From positions 2,914,001-2,978,000 of the forward strand of contig CP158636.1 in NCBI GenBank assembly GCA_050273025.1: a DNA stretch of 64,000 nucleotides, read 5' to 3'. Origin of the DNA: Cenococcum geophilum (lineage: Eukaryota). The notes beneath the pieces were generated by a model that saw nothing but the letters and a program-made list of their open reading frames with translations, ran no database searches and was not told the DNA's origin. Below are positions 1-11,766 of this stretch, in pieces. A program made the translations under genes and the position numbers. The stretch's first letter is position 1; each line of letters starts with the position of its first letter.

Positions 1-289
1 GTGTATTAAGGTCAAGACGTTATATAAGGAGAGAAGGTAGGAAAATTGGGAGAAAGGGTATATATTGTTAGCTTAGTTGCTTAGTTAATACGTATATAGA
101 GTAAAATAGGATTTAGGTAGTAGTCCTAGTAGAACTTAGTAGGATTTAGTAAAACTTAGCGGAATATAGTAGAATATAGCAGATTGCCGTTAGATTATCG
201 CAAATTGCCATCTTATAGTTAGTCTTTAGTTACTAAGTTAGTAGAAATAGGTAGATATATATAAGGTGTTACGGGGGTATCCTATAATA
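1..289 (-). repeat. 3' LTR of element A (truncated by window start)
   Basis: The minus strand reads PPT-like AGAGGG..GGGGGGTAC then TATTATAGGATACC (RIP form of TGTTACA...). It contains ~11-bp degenerate tandem repeats at ~128-185. The second LTR is not in the window. Confidence 0.6.
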
Positions 290-298
290 GTACCCCCC

Positions 299-513
299 TA
301 TAAGGGATATTATTGCGGACACCTTAGGTTACCCTTAGGACAACCCCCAGACACCCCTTAGATGGTCGCCAGTTATATACTAAAGGCACGTACCCGTAGT
401 ATATAGTCTCCACAATCCTAGAGGCCTTACCTCCTTAAGGATTTATCTCTCTTACCAATCTATCTTGTTCCAATCGTGTCCTTATAGCCCCCTGTCTATA
501 AGATCCCCTTATA
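299..513 (+). mobile_element. Solo LTR of Gypsy family D (215 bp)
   Basis: Reverse complement of the 215-bp LTRs at 23106-23320 and 31786-32000, same length. Flanks are ccccc / ccctc (5-bp TSD with one C>T). Confidence 0.9.
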
Positions 514-1022
514 CCCCTCTTTAAACTTAAGCTTCTACGAGATAGGGCTATAATAGTTCTAGGTAGAGTTTATAAAAGTCTTTTATAGCTTATATAAGTC
601 CTATAGAGTTAATGGGTTCCTATAAGGGCTTAGTAAAGCCTCTCCATTTTATAAGGTATATATACTAGCGTTTCCGTTTATTGTACTTAATGTCATTAAT
701 TCTTTTAATAAAGTACTCGTTTTTACTATCTACTTTAACTAGTAGGGGAGGGTCTTATATCTATTTAAGTAGGGCGTCTAATACGGGGGTAGTAAGGTAG
801 AGGACTGACGTATAGAATATGGGGTGGATTTTAACCGTATTGGGGAGCTTTAACTAGTAGGCGTAAGAGGAAACGACCTTCTTAACCTTATAAGGGCTTG
901 CGTTCTTCTAATTAAGCTTCTTAGTAAGGCGTTTTATATTTAGATTTCTTATATTTAACCAGACAAAGTTACTAATTTAGTAGGCTAGTACTAGGGTTTA
1001 TTTCTTATTTACTACGGCTTTA

Positions 1023-1447
1023 TGTTACGGACGCTTTAAGTACAATGTTATAACTACTTAGAGAAGAGACGGAAGAAGCTAGTTGGTTAATTTAGGCACG
1101 GTCTAGAATAGAGCCGATAGAACTATGTGATGAGGAATGGTAACTAAGGTCATATAATATGCTACGTATTAAACGAGAGGAACGAGAGGAACTTATATAC
1201 CTTATATATAAGACATATATTACGTATAAGAAGGATTTTATAGGAGTACGGTTGTGTATTTAAGGACCCTTAGTCCCTACCTAGATAGTTCCTTCTTTAT
1301 AGTAATTCTTAGAATATAATTAGAGTTAATCTGTTAGGCAACTACTCTACTAGTTATTATTATATTGTTGACTTTTGTACTTACATTTCCTATACACCTA
1401 GCCCAATAACGAGCCTATTATAGTTCTTGCTATAAGGTTCCGTTATA
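1023..1447 (+). repeat. 5' LTR of B1
   Basis: Starts TGTTACGGACG; direct repeat of 8549-8973. Confidence 0.95.
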
Positions 1448-1491
1448 CAATTACTACCTAGTTATAGTATTAATATAAGAAGTTAAACAAC

Positions 1492-4446
1492 ATGCCACTA
1501 AAAGCAGCCACTATGATGCCATTAACGGCAGCAACTATTTTAAGGACAGAAGGTAATACTAGTATAGTAAATACTAACTTATAGCAACCTATGACGGTTG
1601 GACAGCTATAGGAAATAGTTAACTAGTTAATAGCTAATAATATAGTATTAGAAGAAAGACTTAACGGGATAGGAGTAGTAAAGATTAAGCTACTATTAAT
1701 TAAGAGATTTATAGGAGAGAGGTTAAAGCTTAAAGGATTCCTTATATAAATGCACTTTAAGGTCTTATAGGAGGGAGTAAAGTTACCTATATCTGTGGAT
1801 TAGATAGCCTATATAGGACTATTCTTATTAGGAAAAGCACTTAAGTAGTTTAAACCTTATCTTACGGAGATATAGGCAAATGGAATGACGACCACTAACT
1901 AAGATATGCGATTTATGTTCTTAAGTTAGGAAGAATTCACAAAATAACTTACGCAGATATTTAGAAACCTAGAAGAAATAACTATAGCAGAAAGAAAACT
2001 CCAGAACCTCGTGTAATAAACTTTAGTAATTAAGTATATAATATAGTTCTAGACGCTAGCAACACAAGTAGAATGGAATAATAGGGCGCTTATAGCACAG
2101 TATAAATAGGGACTTAAGGCTAAAGTCTAGGATATAATTATTTTAATAGAAGATGCGGACACCCTAAGGGAACTAATAGATTAGGTAATTAAGATTAATA
2201 ATTAGATCTACTAAAGGGAATAGGCTAAGAAAGGCTAGGATAGAGTTCTATAGTTGTATAAGGAGTAGAGTATATAACGACAAAAGCTAAGTTAGAAACT
2301 ATAGTATAGCGCAGAGCTAATGGACCTAAGTGGTACTAAAGAAGCCTATAAGAAATAGAGCAAACTATAGAAACCTAAAGGATAAGGATTAAGTAATTAA
2401 AGGTCTAAGGAGTAAAGGCCAAATTAGGGATCTTAACAGTAGAAGACATTTAGGCGGACTCTATAGCAAGAGAAATGGTTTAAAGAAGGAGCTTACATAA
2501 ATTACGGAAAACAGGGTCATTATATTAGAGACTATAGAAGTGGGCAGAATCACTATATAGTAAAAGGTATAAGACTAGTAGATAATATATACGTATAGAG
2601 GGACGATAATATACTGCGAGGAACAAAAGAATGTTTAATTAGAAGTTTTATGTTTTGTTACAATAATATATACTAAATTTATAAAGACGCTAAGTATAGC
2701 GCAAGCTATTAGCTATAAGAGCTAGCACTTATAGGATATAGGGGAACTAACAAACTAGTTTATAGATAGGATATTAAGGACGATAAATTCGACCTAAGCG
2801 AAATATTCCGTGACGATAAGGCAATAAGGGCCGCTTACTAGGAGCGAGTAGACCTTAGAGATGTCATACTAGAGGTAGAGGATAATTCTACTATAAAATA
2901 GGGAATATTAGTAGGGATTAAAACCCTACTAGATATAATGTCTATCGCTTTATAAGACGTAAGAGAAGTAGGATAGCGAACCACTTTAGCACTCAATAAA
3001 GGTAAAAGGCTAAAGGCTTAAGATTCTTAAGACGAGATAAAAAATAACTAAGATTCTTAAGATAAGACAAGGTATACCCCAGGACTTATAACGAACGAAA
3101 ACCAATAAAGTAGGGCAGTAGCTTAGTTTAGAAATATACGAATAAGCTTAGGACAAAGTTTCCTATAAATATAAGACTCTTAAGACGAGATAAGTAAGAT
3201 TTAAGACTCTTAAGACGAAATAAGAACACTATGGACGCCTAGTTGGACTAAGGCGGGAGCTAAGCTTAAGTTAGAAGTAAGCTTAGGATTAAAGAATCTA
3301 AGGGACTAAGATTTCGGAGTATAAATAAGGACACCTATAGGTAAGAGGCAAGAAGCTTCTTTATAGATTAGAGAATCTACAATATAAATAGCAGTTAGAC
3401 TAAAAGATAGATATATAAACCTAGAAGACTTACTAGGGGAACGCAGTGTTTAGCCTAAAGATTGAAAGTTTAATACTAGGATTAAGAAGTAAGACGACTT
3501 TAAGGATTAGAGCGTAAGGCGTAAACTAAAAGAAACTATAGAAGAGTTTAGGCAAAGAATTATCGCATAGTAAGAACAGAAACTAGATAAGAGATCTAGT
3601 ATATTAGGATATATAAAGGACAGAGCACTAGTATAAAGAATTACTAATAGGCTAAGAGTAGGCATACTAAGAGCCAAGTGGCTTACTAAACTAGAAAATA
3701 AAGAGGATTTAGGGATTCTAACTAGGTTTAAAGAACGATATATAAAGGGCTATTACGACATAGTAATAAGAAGATACTTCCTTACGGACAGACTATATAT
3801 ACTCTAGCAGCTGTACTAAAAGTAGTATAGGTAAAGGTACAATAATAAGTAGGAAGATTTCTATATATAGTTGGATAAAAAAGTTATCTAGGACCACCTA
3901 ATTATAGAAAAGGCTATAACGCATATTAAAGGAGCCTTAATTATAACGTTAAAGGATCTAAAGGAACGTTTAGAGGACTAGAGAAGCGAGAGACGTATTT
4001 TAGTACCTATAAATAAAGTTATAACGTTTAGATTAGTATAATAAAGGTTTAAACTTAGGGATAAAGACGAGCTAAGAGTTAACCTAAAGCACCTAGCACA
4101 CTATACATTATTATAGATTGCGTATATAGACGATATATACGAAATATATAAGAATCTAAAGGAAAAGAATTGGAAATACCCTATAAGAATATACTAGATA
4201 ACGGACGAGTAATAGTACAAAAATGCTAAATATATGTATGGATAGCATCTAGCAGAGGTCTAAGAGAAAGGAAGTATAGTACTTTAACTAGGAAGATTCC
4301 TTACAGAAGAATGCTTAGACGGACGATAGTAGTAGGAATGCCTAGAAAATACGTGTTTATAGTATATTAAAGATAAAAAGCGAACTAGGTATTGGCTAAA
4401 GAGCAAGCTAAGTGCACCAGAATTAAGCAGCTAATAGTTGGGAAAA
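1492..4446 (+). pseudogene. gag: B1 gag, ~985 codons to the slippery site (RIP-disrupted)
   Basis: ATG at 1492. A CCHC knuckle (C-I-N-C-G-K-Q-G-H-Y-x-R-D-C after de-RIP, from 2494) and three further Cys/His motifs (2632, ~4090, 4312) are all in the same frame. Ends at G GGA AAA (4440-4446). Confidence 0.8.
4440..4446 (+). promoter_or_regulatory. Probable -1 ribosomal frameshift slippery site G GGA AAA (B1 gag-pol)
   Basis: An X XXY YYZ heptamer in the gag frame; the downstream protease motif is in the -1 frame. Confidence 0.7.
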
Positions 4447-7400
4447 GTAAAGGCCTATAGGACTAGAGGGAGCCAGTAGTAAAGCCTTAGACCCTTAAAG
4501 GAATTTAAGGATAACACCTAAATTTATAAATTAATTAGTAAGATTAGTAGTTTAAAGCACTAATAGATAGTGGAGTAACGCAAAACCATATCTTACTAGT
4601 AGCAGTTAAGAGAATGGGACTACCTTATAAACAAAAGGAGCAACCTTACCTATTAGTTACAATTTTAGGGGATTTAATAACCTATAGAGGAGGGATTATT
4701 AATCTTAAAATAGGACCTATTTAGATAACTATTAAAGGAAGATAAATTAAGATGTCTTTTAATATCCTACTATTAGGACGGGATAAGGCAGTATTAGGCA
4801 TACCTTAGTTATAGGAATATAATTTAAGGATCGATTAGATTATAGGTTAGGTTAATATTAAAGATACTTAATGCCGCAAAATGCAATAATAAGCTAAGTT
4901 GGTATAGTACTAAGTAGGAGCAACCTATAAAGAAATAGAAAAAGGACTAAGTTATATACTAAAGAGATACTATAAGTATGGCAAAAAACTATAGTCACCG
5001 GAAAGTAAAAAGCTATTAGAATATGCAGCATAGGACTATAAGATAGAATTAGAACTAGGAATAAGTCTAAAGTTCTTTCCAATCTATAAGCTTACTAAAG
5101 AAGAAGGAAGAGCGTTAAAAGAGTTTATCTAGGAAAACCTACAAAAGGGATACATTAGACTATTATAATTATTAGCGGGTTATCTAGTACTATTTACACT
5201 AAAGAAAAATAGTAAACTAAGGCTATATATTAACTATAGATAGTTAAATAGCATTACCAGGAAGGATAGGTATCCTTTACCCTTAATTAGCGAAATCTAA
5301 GACAGGATAAGTAATACATAAATCTTCACGAAGATAGATCTGAGATAGGCGTACTATTAGATTAGAATTAAGGAAGGCGACGAATAGAAGGTAGTATTTA
5401 GGTTAAAAGAAGGACTATATAAACTATTAGTTATGCAATTTGGGCTTATAAACGCACTAGCAATATTCTAAAAATGTATTAACAATATATTAGGAGAATA
5501 CTTAGATGAATTTGTTATAGTATATCTTAATAATATTATTATCTACTTAATAACTAAGGAAGAATATAGGGAACACGTTAAATGGGTCTTAAGGAGACTA
5601 TAAGAAGAATAGATACTAGTAGCAATTAAGAAATGCGAGTTCTTTACTAGGAAGACCGATTTCGTTAGATTTATTATTAAACTAGGCTAACTTAGTATAG
5701 ATATAAAGAAGATCGAAGCTATAGTGAATTGGTAGGAACTAGAGAATATTATATAGTTAAGATTATTCCTAGGGTTCTATAATTACTATAGAAGGTTTAT
5801 AGCGCAGTAGTTAAAGGATATTAAGCCATTTACACGATTAATAAAGAAAGAAGAACTATGGGTATAGGGAGAGGAGTAAAGAGAACTCTTTAAGAAAGTT
5901 AAAGAGTTATTTACCTAGGAGCCAGTTTTTAAAATCTATTAACTAGAACTAGAGACGGTTATAGAGATAAATGCATTAGACTATATATTAGGGGCGTGCT
6001 TTATATAAAGGTATTAAAACGGATGGCACCTAGTAGCATACTATAGTCGGAAGATAACACTACTAGAATTAAACTATGACATCTATAATAAGGAGTTATT
6101 AGGTATAGTTACAGTATTAAAGAAATAAAGGGCATTCTTATAAGGCATAGAGAAACTATTTATAGTTAAGACAGATTATAAGAACCTAACAGGATTTCTA
6201 ATAATAAAGGAACTTAACTAAAGATAGGTTAGATAGGCAGAGATGCTTACGGAATACCATTTTAAGATTTAGTATACTAAGGGTATAGATAATACGCGGG
6301 CAGATACTCTAAGCTATAAAGCTAAACTATAAAATAAGGAAAAGCTATTGGGGGCTTTATTGCGAAAAGATATAGACGGATTAATCAGGTACAATTATCC
6401 AAAAATCGCAGTAACTTAAGAAGACGATAAACTAGAGAAAGTCTACGAGATACTAGAAAGCTTTTAGGTATAAAGAATTCTAGAAGCACAGCTAGAAGAT
6501 CCACAGACGGATATATATGAAAATTGAGAAGTAAAGTATATCCTAAGAAGTATAGCAGAGTAGTTCATAGAAGACTTCTATAAGGGACTAACTTAAGGAC
6601 ATAATGGGGCTATAGGCTTAGTGTTAAGACTCTAGGAGGAATATATTATTAACGGGATCTAGAGAATAGCCAGAAAAATTATAAAGAAATGTTTAGATTG
6701 CTAAAGGAATAAACCAACAAGGTATAAGCTGTATAGAGGGCTATAACCTGTTAAAATACCAGAAAGACTATAGGAGGTTATATTATAGGACTTTATTATT
6801 AAGTTGCCAAAATTAAAAGACCCTATTACCGGGCAAGATTATAACGCGATCTTAGTAATAGTAGATAAGCTTACGAAGTAGGGATACTTTATAGCATATA
6901 CAGAAGAAATCTCAGCGGAAGATATTGCTAGAATCTATGTTAAAGAAGTGTTTATAAGATATAGAGCACTAAGTAAGATTATATCGGATAGAGATTTAAG
7001 ATTCGTAGTAGTATTCTGGGAAGTATTTTTAACGGAGTAAGGAGTTTAAGTAGTAACTTCCACTATATATTATCCACAAATAGATAGTTAAACGGAAAGA
7101 TTAAACTAGACACTAGAATAATATCTAAGGCATTATATTAATTATACACAGAACAATTAGGTATCGCTATTACTAGTTATATAGTTTACATATAATACAA
7201 CACCTTAAAAAGGAATAGGCATATTACTATTTAAGGCAAATTATAGATATAAGCTAAGAACATCGTTATTACCACAGTAAGTAAAGAAAACGAGTAGTAC
7301 AGCTAAAGAAAGAATAAAGGATTTAATGAATCTTTATATAGACCTTATAGAGACAGCTAAGGAAGTATAGCAGAGAATAAAAAAGTACTATAATGCTAAG

Positions 7401-7860
7401 AGATCTAAGGGACTAGATCTTAAGGAGGGAGATAAAGTATAGCTACTATATAAAAATTTCAAGAGTTAACGACTAAGTAAGAAATTGGACTATATTAGAC
7501 TAGGACCTTTTAAAATTACATAAAGGATTTCACTAGTTATATTTAAGTTAAACCTACTAGCTAAAATAAAGATCTACCCTATATAGTATATTATAATGCT
7601 AGAGCCAGTATATAGGGATATTAAGCCACTAGCCTATAAAGCAGACACGTATAGAGGATAAGAAGAAGACAAATGGCAAGTTTTAAAGATCGTTAATTAT
7701 AAGGATATTGACGATAAAATATAGTATAAGGTTAAGTAGATAGGCTATACTAAGACTACCTAGGAGCTACTAGAGAATTTAAAGAACGCTATAAGAAAGG
7801 TACAGGAGTATCGGAAGAGATTAGGTTAGGCAGTATTAATAAAAAAGGATTACTAAAGAA
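4440..7860 (+). pseudogene. pol: B1 pol (protease, RT, RNase H, integrase, chromodomain), RIP-disrupted; 3' end approximate
   Basis: FKALIDSG at 4551 is in the -1 frame relative to gag. Also RT YLDD (tatcttaataat, 5523), NYDI..KELL (~6070), integrase GHNG..C..C (~6595-6705), and chromodomain (W.V.KIV..Y.VKW.GY..TWEP, ~7670-7800). Confidence 0.9.
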
Positions 7861-8440
7861 TAAGTCACCTAAGGGGGACCTAAGAAGAGCAGTTACTAAA
7901 CTACTCAAATCTATTTCCTTCTCTATTAAAGGAGAATCCGTTCTTTCATTACCTAGCTCCTACAGACCTTATTTTATAAGTTTCTACTCCTTAAAATAAA
8001 CCTTTTTATAAACCTTCTTAAGATAAAGTAAACAAGCAGACGCCGCAATTTAAGTATCTAAGGCCTTCTATTCCGCGTCACGGGAATATTCCAACTTAGT
8101 AAGGGCTTACAATAGTTTACTATCTAGCCGTGTAGTAGTAGATTAAATATAAGACCCTAAGACAAATTAATTAGGGAACTAGACAACTATTAAGAGTAAT
8201 AGGTCGCGTATATTTAGCATTAGAAGTAAAGTAAACGTTATAGGATAAACAAATATTCGCTTTAGTATACTCTAAGTAAGAGGACGGTTGTTATAAAAAT
8301 AGGTTCGCTAATATAATATAAACTAACCCCTCTTTCGAATAACGAGAATATAGAGACGGTATAATCTTACTAAGAGATAATATTGCAGTAATAGTGCGAG
8401 TATAACGTTGGGCGTGTAAAGAAGAAATTGCTTTAGGTAT
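7789..8440 (-). pseudogene. Antisense intron-containing gene of B1: Zn(II)2Cys6-like cluster plus coiled coil, ~198 aa (reconstructed; 3' end approximate)
   Basis: Colinear with 42284-42935 in B2. The two-copy consensus gives PCSRCSKEGLVC..ALANP....PSSCSECTKANIRSSCDV, a 55-nt intron (8211-8157), then a helical WSRIQSATTRLDSKLSQALAELE... segment. Confidence 0.7.
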
Positions 8441-8548
8441 AATAAGTAATAATATTAACCAAATTAATTAAACGGATATTATACCTTTAGTAAATAACTT
8501 AGAGATATTTTAAATCTTTAAGGACGAAGATAAAGAGGAGGGAGATGG

Positions 8549-8973
8549 TGTTACGGACGCTTTAAGTATAATATTATAACTACTTAGAGAAGAGACGGAA
8601 GAAGCTAGTTAGTTAATTTAGGTACGGTCTAGGATAGAGCCAATAAAACTATGTAACAAGGAATGGTAACTAAGGTTATATAATATGCTATATATTAAAT
8701 AAGAGGAATAAGAGGAACTTATATACCTTATATATAAGACGTATATTATATATAAGAAGGATTTTATAGGAATACGGTTATATATTTAAGGACCCTTAGT
8801 CCCTACCTAGATAGTTCCTTCTTTGTAGTAATTCTTAGAATATAATTAAAGTTAATCTGTTAGGCAACCACTCCACCAGTTATTATTACGTTGTCGACTT
8901 TTGTACTTGCATTTCCTATACACCTAGCCCAATAACGAGCCCATCGTAGTTCTTGCTACAAGGTTCTGTTACA
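8549..8973 (+). repeat. 3' LTR of B1
   Basis: TGTTACGG...GTTACA; direct repeat of 1023-1447. Confidence 0.95.
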
Positions 8974-9758
8974 CTTTATAAATAGATTAGGCCTATACTT
9001 TTTATTAATAAGGAACTGTTATAGTTCCTCTATCTTCTTTATAAATTTATTTACTTTTATAACTTATAAGGCGTAGCGAGTGGGGTAAGGGATATTACCA
9101 AAATGTTTAAAACCTATTTATAGATACTAGCCGTAGTTAGCTAAAAATAGGGAGACTTTTATAGTTTCTAAAATAGAGTTATTTATAGTAAACTTAGTAA
9201 ATATAAGCTAGTTAATCTAGTTATCTTATAAATATAACGTGTATATCCAAATATACTATTCTATTTATTTATACAAGTAGAGGTTATAAATCGTATTATA
9301 CGCAGAGCGTATGCGGCAGGGGCCGTATAGTGTAGCGTAGGTTACCTGACCACCTACGGCCCAATAGATAGCCCGACCTTTACTACCCCTTTCTTTCTCT
9401 TTTAGTAGATAAGATAGACACGAATAAACCAAGAAACAGTTACCTTATATTGCAATTACAGTACCCCTAGGTAATACCGACACTAATTAGTAATATTATA
9501 GATTAGAATCCGGTGTTATTATAAAGAGAGATAATACGCGATCGCTCCTACCAAGGCCTATTGATCTCGTCGCGTTTGCTAAGGAGAACCCTTCCTACTA
9601 AGGCCCTGGGAACTTAAAGAACTGGCTCCTACTAAGGCTTCGTCCGGTTCGCGTCCATCACGTAAATTAATACCCAGTACGACCTTTTTACTAAGCGCTA
9701 GTACACCCAGCAGCATTAGTAGCACCCCTACCTATACCATAACCTACACTAGTTAACT

Positions 9759-11350
9759 ATATCCGATACAGGAATTTAATATCCAGACTAGGGTAATGGG
9801 ATTACCCTAACTAATAAGACTACCGTAAAAGATATTACCAACTATATTAACTTTAAAATTAATAAGTATACTAAGCGTAACTTTAAGGATAAAAGCTTAT
9901 AGGAATTATACTAAGAGGACTTTAATAATTTTGAGGTATAGATATTTAAGGACGCTCACAGGTCCGTAATTAAGGAACTTAAATAACTACTCCAACGTAA
10001 TAGAGTATAGGTCTTTAATAAGAAAAGTAAGTTAGTACTATAAACACTATACGACGTCGCTTACGAGGACAACCCTATAGAATAGTCAGATGTAGAAATT
10101 AAGCTATATCTTAGCAATAAAGGACCCTTTAATTCATATATTATTAACTGTCGTCTTAAATCACGTTCATTAACTCCCTTAATATCATCTACTACCCTAA
10201 CCCCAGCTGTCTTAAATGACCCTTCCCCTACGGCCGAGCTCCCCTCGCCTATAAACGTCACGGCTCCCTCTACGAACGTCACAGCTCCCCCTACGAACGT
10301 CACAGCTCCTTCTATAAAAGTTATAGCCGCCGTTAACTACGGTAGAGACTTAGTAACCCTGGTAAAGATATATACAGAGGAAAGCAAATATAGTAGAAAG
10401 GATGATAACTTTAACCGCAAGCTTACGATTTTTAACGACCTTTATAATAGAGTTGATATACTATAAGTGGCAAAGATTAAAGCCTTTCCAATAATGCTAT
10501 GTAGTATTGCTCTTAATTTCTACTATAAGAATAAGGCAACCTATGTTACTTTTAATAGTATCTATAATGCTATACGTAACCACTTTAAAGGACTAAAATA
10601 TAAGCGCGGAGTTCTAACAAAGTGGAACGCTATAACCCTTAAGACGGTAATAATAAAAAACGAAGGTAAGTCTATAGGGGACTGCCTACAGCTACTGCTT
10701 AACGACCTCCGTTATTTACAGTATAGTCTTAACACTAACCTCCATAATAACGATTTCCTATATAATAAGCTCATCGTTGCTTGTTAAGACGTCACTACTT
10801 ACTAGGCAGCTTACTTAAACCTACCTACTATACTTACTAGCCTTATAAACAGCCTATAATTATCAATTATTACTTATAAGAAGATTAATAGTACTATAGG
10901 ATAACCTGCTAATGTGTTCTTACAGCCTATAGAACAGCCTACGGACGTATTCTTTACTAACCATTGCTACTACCGACCGACGTCTCGACTAAGTTCATTA
11001 AATAATTATTACAGCAATAACGCCAGGACGTGCTTCGTGTGTAAGAAAGGAGACTATTAGTTAATTAGGCACACTAAAGAAGAACGTAATAAAGTAAGAG
11101 AAGGATTTAAGAGACGTATCCACTAGTACCTTACGGATAATAATATTAATAACGATTTTGACAAGGATATAACGGCCATAGCACTTAATACATCAACTCC
11201 AACTACCACTAGCGGCAATTTCTTCTACGACAACTATAGTGTTAAGCACTTTATGACTTTAAATGGGCCAATACTAATTGAAACTGCTAAGAATATAGTT
11301 ACGTCTATAAATAACAATGCCTTTATTTACGGCTTTACCGGTAATATAGA
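9759..11350 (+). pseudogene. gag: Copia gag remnant of element C (boundaries approximate)
   Basis: LWELYQEDF, L.KMYTEE.KYSG..DNF..KL.IF and AFPIML...AL.FYY motifs match the gag regions of E and H. Supplied ORFs 10467-10787 and 11253-11510 are pieces of this frame. Confidence 0.75.
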
Positions 11351-11651
11351 ACCTAGTAGTATAAAACCTAGTACAGTAAGGCGCGGTAATAATAGCAATA
11401 GGAGTAGCAACGATAAGGGCAAGAGCGCTACCTACCTCTACGATAATAACCCTCCCGACCTTACTGTTAATATTAACTTCCTTAACTGTTATTTCAACGA
11501 CAACAAATAGGACTTAGCCCTTCTAACTGCTTCCCCTATAGTCTGTAACGACTTTTATACCTTCTAAAGCCGCCACCCCTTCGGTTCTAACTTTAACTAC
11601 GCTCTATTACGGGACACCTTGGTAATACCTTATACGCGCCTACCTATTTCC

Positions 11652-11766
11652 ACCGCAATATCCGTAGCGATATCTGTAATATCCGTAGCGATATCCGCAA
11701 TATCCGTAATAATATCCGCAACGTCTGCAATATCCGCAATATTCGCAATACCTAAGATATCCGCGA
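11652..11766 (+). repeat. Degenerate 9/12-bp tandem repeat (ATATCCGCA-like) in the 3' part of element C
   Basis: About a dozen units such as atatccgtagcg, atatctgta and atatccgca. Confidence 0.8.

Larger units (their letters stand above)
1023..8973 (+). mobile_element. Full-length Gypsy chromovirus B1 (7951 bp, RIP-inactivated)
   Basis: 425-bp LTRs at 1023-1447 and 8549-8973, perfect TSD cttta (1018-1022, 8974-8978), PPT gaggagggagatgg before the 3' LTR, and domain order gag-PR-RT-RH-IN-chromodomain. Confidence 0.95.

Noticed and set aside
11652..11766. Transmembrane segment (ISVAISVIS...) at the end of the C gag frame
   Set aside because: The hydrophobicity is probably a RIP artefact (ACA>ATA, GCA>GTA); the reverted repeat would be Thr/Ser/Ala-rich, and the frame is uncertain.
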